From the NCBI GenBank assembly GCA_951406725.2, contig OX597822.1, positions 14,198,001 through 14,262,000 on the forward strand: a stretch of DNA of 64,000 bases. Direction: 5' to 3'. Under the pieces are notes generated by a model. That model searched no databases. It saw only the letters and a list, made by a program, of their open reading frames with translations, and was not told where the DNA came from. Source of the stretch: Octopus vulgaris (taxonomy: Eukaryota). The stretch's first letter is position 1. The number at the start of each line of letters is the position of its first letter. This document shows, in pieces, positions 54,205 through 64,000 of this stretch. Both the position numbers and the translations under genes were made by a program.

Positions 54205-55425
54205 CAGGGTGTCCCCCCAAAATGTATACATACTTTAGCAGCTGATAACTCAACTGATGTTTTTTTTCTTTCCAGATGAAACCCATTAGAATTAATGATG
54301 GCAGTCAGACTAAGCTTTGAACAAAGGAAATTCATTCTAAAATGCCACTGAAAGTGTAAAAACGCAGTTGAAATGCAAAGGAGGGAGTTTCAAACAGATC
54401 CACCAACGCGACTTGCCATCAGTCGAATTAGAGATAAGTTTGAAGCCGACGGATTTCTTCAGAATTCAAGAAGACCACGAACATCGACAACCCCCACAAA
54501 GCAAGAAGGTCTATTGGAAATGAATCACCAAAGTCCAAAAAAAAATCTGTGTAGCAAGCGAGTCGTGAGGTAGGTATGTCAAAATCGTGTGTCCAACGCA
54601 TTTTGAAGCGTTGTCAAAGGAGAAGTTACTTTCCAAGATTAGTCCATGCTATTAGTAACAATGATCCAGACCGAAGAGTACAGTATTGCAAGTGGTACTC
54701 GGCACGATGTGCAGAAGATGCACACTTTCCACATTCAAATTAAATGGTTCAATTGACTGCTACAATTGCACCTACTGGGAACCTGAGAATCCGTATGTTA
54801 TGGTGGCCCACCATGTTAATTTACGAGGAGTTACAGTGTGGTGTGGCTTCTCATCAAGAGGATTAATTGGACCCTTCTTTTTTGACGCTACTCTGACTGG
54901 TCCCATTTACTTGAACTTGTTGCAACAGTCTGTTATGCCAAGCATTAGAGAAGACTTCGAAGATGAGGAGTTTTGTTTTCAGCAAGATGGGGCACCCCCA
55001 CACTACCATCGCTATGCTAGATCATTCCTTAATGAGATCCTGCCAAACTGGTGGATTGGACGAAGGGGTTTCGTTGAATACCCTCTGCGTTCACGAGACC
55101 TCACACCACTAGACTTTTTTATTATGGGGATACCTAAAAGACAAAGTCTACGCTATGAAATCTGCAACAGTCGCTGATTTGAGAGCAACCATTGAACGAG
55201 AATGCACATAAAAACCAAACGAATTGGTTCGTGATGTTTGCGATTCCATTGCTTCTCGTTGTCAGCAGTGCGTAGACTAGAACGGACATCACTTTGAAAA
55301 CAGGCGTTGACAAAACAATAAAATGATGTCTTTAAATTCTATTAAATCTTGAAAATGAAATGTATTTTAATAAACACCTACTTTATAATTATTTAAAGTG
55401 TGTATACATTTTGGGGAACACTCTG
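54205..55425 (+). mobile_element. rosa/DD41D Tc1-mariner transposon, disrupted
   Basis: TA-flanked TIRs CAGGGTGTCCCCCCAAAATGTATACA / [48 protein letters not shown] with 41-residue spacing. Confidence 0.92.
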
Positions 55426-55672
55426 TATGTATGTATTTATATATATATTATTTCATTTTCTTACTTGTTTCAGCCATTTGACTACGGCCATGCTGGAGCG
55501 CCGCCTTTAGTCGAACAAATCGACCCCTGGATTTATTCCTTGTAAGCCTAGTACTTATTCTATCGGTTCATTTACCGAACCGCTAAGCTACGGGGACGTA
55601 AACACACCAACATCAGTTGTCAAGTGATGGTGGGAGACAAACACAGAAACATACACACACACACACGCACGT

Positions 55673-55735
<63 letters not shown>

Positions 55736-57390
55736 CGACGAGCTTCTTTCATTTTCCGTCAACAAAATTCACTCATAAGGCCTTAGTTGGCCCGAAGCTA
55801 CAGTAGAAGACACTTGCCCAATGTGCTACGCAGTGGCACTGAACCCGGAACCATGTGGTTGGGAAGCAAAATATATGTATTTATGCATACAAACAGCTTA
55901 TTTTTTTCTACACAAGAAAAGCATGAAAGGTAAAGTCGACCGCAGCGGGATTCGAACTTAGAACGAATACGTACACAATCAAATGTCACATTGCTCTAAA
56001 GTCTCTGACATTACAGGGGGGCAGTTGATTACATCGACCCTAGTACGTAACTGGTACTTAATTTATCAATCACGAAAGGATGACCGCAAAGTCGACCTCG
56101 GTGGAATTTGAACTCAGAACGTAGCGGCAGACGAAAAACCTATTTCCTTACTACCCACAAGGAGCTAAACACAGAGAGGACAAGCAAGGATAGACATACG
56201 GATTGAATCGATTACATCGACTTCAGTGCGTAACTGGTACTTATTTAATCGACCCCGAAAGGATGAAAGGCAAAGTCGACCTCTGCGGAATTTGAACTCA
56301 GAACGTAGCGGCAGACGAAACACCGCTGAGCATTTCGCGCGGCGTGCTAACGTTTCTGCCAGCTCGCCGCCTTATTACAAACAAAATATTCTAACTACTA
56401 ATATATAAATACAGACGCAAGCGCACCTGTACGTGGGTCAGCGATGTGGCAGAATGGCTCACACACCAGACAGAATGCTTATCAGCATTTCGTCCTTCTT
56501 TACGTTCTGAGTTCAAATTCCGCCGAGGTCGACTTCGATTTTCACCCTTTCGGAGTCGATAAAGTAAGTACCAGTTGTGTACTGATGTCGATGTCATCGA
56601 ACATCCTCCTCATTTAAACTACTGGCCTTGTGTCAAAATTTGAAATCAAAATATAAATGTTCGTGTGTGGGTGCGTGTATGTATGTATGTATGTATGTAT
56701 GTATGTATGTATGTATGTATGTATGTATGTATGTATGTATGTATGTATGGCCACAAAACCACAGGTACGCGAATACAGAGGTGCGCACAAACACAGACAC
56801 AGCTCTACGATCCGATAGACATGATAAGAAGTTTGTTTCCCAGCCATATGGTTCCGTGTTCAGTCCGTATGCGTGGCACATTGGGAAAATATTTTCTACT
56901 ATAGACTCGGGATGTCCAAATCCTTGTGGGAGGATTTGGTAAAAGAAGCTGAAAGAAGACTGTCATATATGTGCACCAGCATGGCCGCACTCAAAATGAC
57001 TGAAACAAGTAAAAGTGTAAAAGAATAAAATAACACACACGCACACACACACACACATACACACACACACGCACGTATACACACACACGTACACACACAC
57101 AATCATGTACACACACGCACACAACCACACATGATAAAAAACAAATAAAGTACTAAGTTCGATTCCTTTAACTAATATTCTTCAAGGTGGTGCCCCAGCA
57201 TGGCCGCAGTATAAAGCCTGACATATGTATGAGACAAAAAATAAAAGATGTATGTGTGTGTCTGCGTGTATGCATGCATTAATCAAAACAGAAACAGACT
57301 CAACATCTATCTTTCTTTCTTTCTTTCTCTCTGTCTCTCTGTCACGCAGTATATATATATATAAGTATATATATATATATATATATATAT

Positions 57391-57464
<74 letters not shown>

Positions 57465-58043
57465 TGAGTGAGGGAGAGAGAGAGCAAGGTGCACGTACAC
57501 CGCTACATTTTATATATATAAAATACATAAATGGGACAAGAACGCAAAGCATCCAGATACGTGAGACAAAGAAAACAAGGACGGGTCATTCGGAGTTTTC
57601 TTCCCTCAGTCGAGCTCCAGATTATCTTTGCAATTTCGGCTAGTTATACTCGAAATTGATCCAATCTAGTCAACACCAAGAGAAAACTAAGCTAACAGCA
57701 CTATATTCATTTGAAGAAAGCAGCGAATGTATACGAAAACAAGGACGAAAAGAAATACAGAGAAATGCTACACAAATGCAAATGCAATTAACAGGACATA
57801 ACAACTGGTGTCTTTCGACTAACGACGCATTAAATTTAGCTGGTGTGTGGAAGTAAAGCCTTACGACAGGGGCATAAGATTTCACAGGCACAGGGAGGAA
57901 TATAGATGTCTGAACGGATGGTAGTCGAACCAAGAAAGAAAGGTCAAGCCTGCCGAACACCGGTCACGTGGGGAGAGAGGTAGAGGTAGAGGGATAGAAG
58001 AATTAAGGAGGGGCGAAAAAAGTGAAAGAGACACAGTGAAGTG

Positions 58044-58097
<54 letters not shown>

Positions 58098-58164
58098 GTA
58101 TGTATGTACGTACGTACGTGCGTATGTATGTATGTATGTATATGAAAGAAATATGAATACTTAC

Positions 58165-58266
58165 CATAAAAGAAGAGCGTAGTATAGTTATGTCGTCTTT
58201 GAGTCGGAGGACGTTGAGAAAAAAGGATTCTAGATCCAAAATCGAGTTTAGATATTCGTTGTCTCC
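58165..58266 (-). CDS. Candidate upstream exon of the TMIE-like gene: [34 protein letters not shown]
   Basis: ttttcttcctcaaaatag|GGA...ATG|gtaagt, 102 nt, phase 0-0. Alternatively a 5'UTR exon whose terminal ATG is the start codon. Confidence 0.55.
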
Positions 58267-58497
58267 CTATTTTGAGGAAGAAAATTATCTCGAGTTGGAT
58301 TACGAGCAAAGATGCAGTCATACACAAACATGTCCCTATGAAGAGACATTCAACTATATATATATAGCTGTGTGTGTGTGTGTGTGTGTGTGACAATCTT
58401 GTATTATATCGATGTATTAGAGAGACGATGCACGCACATACACACGCGTACGCATACACATCTTTACATATGTTTGTACGTTGTGTATATGGACATC

Positions 58498-58565
<68 letters not shown>

Positions 58566-59144
58566 GTATGTATATATGTATATATGTGTGTGTGTGTGTG
58601 TGTGTGTCTGTGCTCAGAGGTATGTATGTATTTATGAGTGGCACTGTTAGTATAAATTCTATTGTGTTGTATACTGCACACCAAACACTCAATGACAATT
58701 CCGGTATGGCTTCCGCTTCCGGTTTCTTTCTATGGGGATTGTGCTGAGAGCATATCGATTCATATACACCTGATTGGTCAGTTTATTATCTGTTACCACG
58801 GAAACAGTCAAAGAATATGTAAGGCGGCGAGCTGACAGAAACGTTAACGCGCTGGGCAGAATGCTTATCGGCATTTCGTCTGCCGTTACGTTTCTGAGTT
58901 CAAATTCCGCCGAGGTCGAATTTGCCTTTCATCCTTTTGGGGTCGATAAAGAAAGTACCAGTTACGAACGGGGGTCGATGTAATCGACTTAATCACTTTG
59001 TTTCTTTTTGTTTGTCATCTCTGTGTTTAGCCCCTTGTGGGCAATAAGGAAATAAATATGTATGAATGCCTGTGTTTGTATATCCGTGTATGTATGTATG
59101 TATGTATGTATGTATGTATGTATGTATGTATGTATGTATGTATG

Positions 59145-59201
<57 letters not shown>

Positions 59202-59749
59202 TTTTGTATCTTGGCATAGGGCCACCAAGTTCGGAGGAGGGAATAAGTACAGGGATTGAGTACATCTACTCCAGTATTCATGTGGTACTTATTTTATTGA
59301 TCCCGAAAAATAAAAGACGAAGTCGACCTCGTCAGAATTAGAACTCATAACGCCAAGACAGACGAAATAGGTTTTTGTTGTTGTTTTTGTTTATTCTTAT
59401 TTTGTTCATGTGTTTACATCCACTTATTATTATCATTACATATGCTTGTATGTATGTATGTATAACAACAATACTAGTAATAAAAATAATAATAAATCGA
59501 ATCGAAAAAAAAAATATATACATATATATATCATATGTGGAGGCGCAATGGCCTAGTGGTTAGGGCAGTGGACTCGCGGTCGTAGTATCGCGGTTTCGAT
59601 TCCCAGACCGGGCGTTGTGAGTGTTTATTGAGCGAAAACATCTAAAAAGCTCCACGAGGCTCCGGCAGGGGGTGGTGGCGATCCCTGCTGTACTCTTTCG
59701 CCACAACTTTCTCTCACTCTTTCTTCTGTTGGCCTGCTCGCTTAGGTAT

Positions 59750-60320
59750 CTTTTCCATATCTCCTCTATATGTATTTTAAAGGTCATGCCGTAGTTCTCT
59801 TCAATTTTCTTTTATATAGGTTTTGTTCTAAGTATTCTAATACTGAGTTCGCAAAAACTGGAGCAAATCGCGTCCTTATAGCTGTGCCACGAATTTCGAG
59901 GTAGTTTTTTTTCCATTGAAAAGGCATGCATTGTTTTCGAGGATGAGGCTGACCGCGTCTAGTATGAAGGTTACAGTAAATCTACTGGAGATCGCTTCTC
60001 TATGTTTCTCGATACAATATTTTATGGCAGTAATTACCAAATCATGTGGAACGTTCATATATAAGTTTGTTACATCAGCACTAACAGTGAACTGGATTCT
60101 ATTGTTTTTGGCAGATGTGATAGGAAATTGATGTCATTCCGAATGAAGCTGGGTATGTGACTACATAGTGGTTTTAGAATAATGTCAAGGAGGTTGCTCA
60201 GACGATGTGTAGGACAGACTGGACCAGCTATAAAGGGTTTAGTTTACGGTCTTTTGATTGTAGTGGTTTTGTGTATTCACTACATTTTTCCTGTTCCATT
60301 ATAGCGTTTTGTATTTCCTT
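59750..60320 (-). mobile_element. Penelope-like RT fragment
   Basis: ADVTNLYMNVPHD..AIKY..RF..FIL..ILENN..FNG and IRGTA..APVFAN are PLE RT motifs. Confidence 0.85.
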
Positions 60321-60721
60321 TGACCTATGTATTTTGCGTAAGCCATAGAAATTGCTGGATTTCGACTCTAAGAGGGACTAAAATTATCAAGAACTCAACT
60401 GCCAGTGAAATACATTTTGAAATTTCACGATTAATACGAACGTATGAAAGCGCTAACTGAACTTTATAAACATTACAAAATATTTATTTAATGTTAAAAT
60501 ACCATAATAAAACATGAAAATCAGACCATGTTTTAACTTTATTCAACCGACATATATATGTTTGTGAGTATGTGTGTGTGTGCATAAATATATAAATGTA
60601 TGTACACACACATACACATAAATATGCATATGTATGCATGTCTCTATGTATGTATGTATGTATGTATGTATGTATGTATGTATGTATGTATCTATCTAAC
60701 TGACAAACAAACTAATTAACT

Positions 60722-60799
<78 letters not shown>

Positions 60800-60886
60800 A
60801 TATATGTATATATATTCACACACATATATATATATACATATATATACATATATACATGTATATGTGTATATATGTATATGTATATG

Positions 60887-60950
<64 letters not shown>

Positions 60951-61217
60951 TATATGTATACGCGCGTATACATGATAATTCTAACTATTATGTAATTCAA
61001 CCCTACAAACAGTGTTTTGATTTGAGCTGGAGATTTCTCGTGCAGCTGTTCATACCTCTATTTTTTTTTACATCAGTGCCCTCACACCTATTTTCTGTTT
61101 AGTGAAAGCAACACACACGGACACACATACACGTCTTCCCCACCCCTACACGTATATTTACATCTATATTTACATAGATATCGTATATAACAATACTAGT
61201 GGCGATGTAACTCAAAC

Positions 61218-61417
61218 TTGTAGCATCTTTCTGTTTGAGAAAGCGATACATGATACGCTCCACTCCGCAACGAATTCATTCTTCCCCGTCTCTGTTGAAT
61301 AGATCAATAGTTGTAGGGCAACATATATCGAAATACATTGAGATTTGTATGCATTTGACCATGAAGTAGGAGTAGTTGAAATTTCTGATATATGATATAG
61401 AGTACTGAAGTCGGTAT
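61218..61417 (-). CDS. Candidate upstream exon: (x)[66 protein letters not shown]
   Basis: Acceptor cctcgtacctttcag and 66 open codons in unique sequence. The phase-0 donor CAA|gtttga is weak, so the 3' boundary is uncertain. Confidence 0.45.
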
Positions 61418-61489
61418 CTGAAAGGTACGAGGTTCGATCTTGTTTTCACAGCTACACCGTGTCCGAAATTTACTATCTTGTTTGTAATA

Positions 61490-61589
<100 letters not shown>

Positions 61590-61720
61590 TATACATATAT
61601 ACATATATGCATACTAATACAAGACCCACATTAGACTCGTACAACTATCGAAGCAAGAGTCTATCCATTGCACTTACTTAGCATTACCTGCCACTCTTTG
61701 GGCTTTCTAGATACCAATAC

Positions 61721-61780
<60 letters not shown>

Positions 61781-61783
<3 letters not shown>

Positions 61784-62207
61784 TCTATAATTATAAGCAT
61801 AATTATAATTAGGGTTCAGCAAATTGCTTCACCACATACCAAAATTTATAAATAGCAGTTAAATACTACTCCTCTACCATAAAATATCTCCCAGACAGCA
61901 ATACTCTTAATTCACGCAGGTAAAGAGAAAAAATAACCAATTCACCCGGCTTTGATCAACCACATACGCGTTTCTGGATTAAAGAGATGTATAATTTTAA
62001 TTTTTACTCACTTATTTTCATCTTCAGTGTAGTATTTCAATTGTAAATTTGAGACTACTAATAATTACCTGCGTGAATTAGGAATATTGCTGTCTGGGAG
62101 ATATTTTATGGTAGAGGAATAGCATTTAACTGCTATTTCTAAATTTCGGTATGTGGTGAAGCAATTTGCTGAACCCTAATTATAATTATACTTATAATTA
62201 TAGAATT
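61781..62207. repeat. 143-bp-arm inverted repeat enclosing a hammerhead motif
   Basis: 61781-61923 versus 62065-62207: reverse complement with several mismatches. Confidence 0.92.
61959..62033 (-). ncRNA. Type I hammerhead motif with long stem II
   Basis: Minus strand: ACTACA-CTGAAGA-TG...CA-GAAAC-GCGTA-TGTGGT; 6-bp stem I; palindromic ACGCGT. Confidence 0.6.
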
Positions 62208-62348
62208 TTTTGTATAAGGTTACAGATTATGGGTATTTTAACATACCGAACTACTTGGTAACATTATTAATTATGAATTAATTAATTTTACCATTTATTA
62301 TTATTGAAAGAATATATATATAGGTAGCTCCTTGTTTTTCCTGTGTCC

Positions 62349-62384
62349 CTTTCTGTAGAAGAGCGTAGGCTCGAAACGTAAAAG
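62349..62384 (+). ncRNA. Minimal hammerhead motif with a core A6U change
   Basis: CTTT-CTGTAGA-A-GAGC-GTAG-GCTC-GAAAC-GTA-AAAG. Confidence 0.55.
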
Positions 62385-63519
62385 ACTTTCTATTCCTGAA
62401 CGTTATACTAATACATCTGTTTGTTTTGTACACCCCCTGTCTTTGTCTTTTGTTTTTTTTTCGTAAACTCTCCCTATATATACAGGTAGATGTCGAAAGA
62501 AGAAAATGAGTGCTCAACACAGCATTGGTGGATAAAATTTCTTTATTTGTGAATTAAAGCTACCGTTGCTTTCATGTTAAGAAAAACAGGAAAATAGCTT
62601 TGTATCTTAATGATTTTTGAAGCCGATAACATGGAGGAATAGTGTTTGTCTCTATTTCGGAAAACACAAAAAGTCTCGTTGAATTCGCGGAGATTCTTGT
62701 GGAGAAAACAATGAATCAAGTGGGCGCTCCTTGGCTGACACCTGAGTGGTTATTTCCTTTGGATTTGACTTTTGGTCAAACAGTTATATGGTAAATTTGT
62801 TTGAATTATCCTCTGGGTGTATGCGGTGTTTGTATGCTTATGTACTGAGGTAGTTCATCCAGGGGGAATATAGAGTTCGTGTGCTATGCATTCACGGGGC
62901 TATTCTGGAGGAATTAGCAGCGCAGGTAGGGTTCCTCTTTGAGATGTTTGAGTGTGAAATATTGCTTGTGTATGCAGGGAGAGAAGATTTCATCCCTAAT
63001 AATTAGGATGAAATCTGTTGACTGTATGATATTTAGTTTTTCTCATTTGGTACCCCGTTCTCTACATTTTTGGGTTTAGCAATGATGTTTCATTTTATCT
63101 GGGGGTTGCTTATACACACACATATATATATACATACACACACACATATATATACATATGTGTGTGTGTATACACGTCTCTGTGTATACACGCTCTCACA
63201 CTCATTCACTCTCACACTCATTCACTCTCACACATATTAATACACACACACATGTATATTAATTTTCAAAAGGAGAACTTTGGAGTGACTTCTACCTTGT
63301 CAATATATATTCTATTCTACCCATAAACCTTTTTGCTTGGCGCTAAATTAATTTTATCTCTATAAACTTGTCATAAAAATAAACATTCATAAACTCGCTT
63401 TGCAACCGCTTGGTTTCGCATTCAGTCCCACTGCTCAGCACTCTGGGTATGTGTTTTCTATTATAGTTCTGGTAGACGGAAACTGTGAGGAAGCCCGTCG
63501 TATATATATATGTAAGACA

Positions 63520-63835
63520 CGAGGGATTGGAAGCGGTTCGATGGGTTCGGGTGGCCGAGGGGCAACGTTGTTCGGTGTTTGACGGGTTAGGACAGGCGCA
63601 TGCTACACAAATCCAAGCAGATATCTGCGGAGTAGTGAGTCAGAGATGTGTCAGGATTTTACCTCCAGCTTCGGCGGCATGTCACGCCATTCAGCCAAGG
63701 ACGCGGAGTCTGCGAAATTCCGATAACAGCCGAAGACATCGGGATGCGATGACTAGCTGCACAAGGTTGAAGTCTCCGGGGTTCGATGGTCTGCCCTTCG
63801 TGCTTTATTTTCATATGCCAGATTTGTTCGGAGAA
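63520..63835 (+). mobile_element. Tx1/L1 LINE fragment (RT domain 0)
   Basis: AMTSCTRLKSPGFDGLPFVLYFHMPDLFG matches KSPGxDGLPxEFY. Confidence 0.75.
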
Positions 63836-64000
63836 TTTTATTATTCGATTTTTTATTGTTAATTGTTATTTTTTTTACTCTCTACAGGTACTATATGTAG
63901 AACCTCACTAACCTTCGTCTTGTATCGTCCTTTGTTTTTGTCTGCAGCCCTTGTGGCCAATAAAAAATGGATTGTTATTGTTGCTGTTGTGGTTGTCATT

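Noticed and set aside
61670-61710. Micro-exon candidate KAQRVA upstream of 61417
   Set aside because: Poor acceptor and competing donors; unsupported.

Overview
AT-rich, microsatellite- and transposon-saturated animal DNA. The SINE families and repeat landscape look like a coleoid cephalopod, probably Octopus (my recognition, not a database result). Most ORF-track entries are microsatellite artefacts. The main host feature, largely missed by the ORF track, is a spliced minus-strand gene homologous to TMIE (transmembrane inner ear protein). Exons 51018-51168 and 43716-43859 join in frame to give GLRIWHIAALAILLILIVIVITCCCIDIRIPRTVQQIE. There is a likely last coding exon at 39049-39086 and three phase-compatible upstream exons (53748-53780, 58165-58266, 61218-61417) that could add an unusual extracellular domain. 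The last intron holds a 254-bp near-perfect inverted duplication, a candidate ADAR substrate. The window also has seven minimal Penelope-type hammerhead ribozyme motifs, one inside a tRNA-headed SINE. Other elements: Tc1/mariner of three catalytic classes (DD34D, DD37D, DD41D), Helitron-like elements, Dong/R4, Tx1/L1, CR1-like and Penelope LINE remnants, and several local fold-back inversions. All calls were made by eye, and transposon boundaries are approximate unless termini are quoted.
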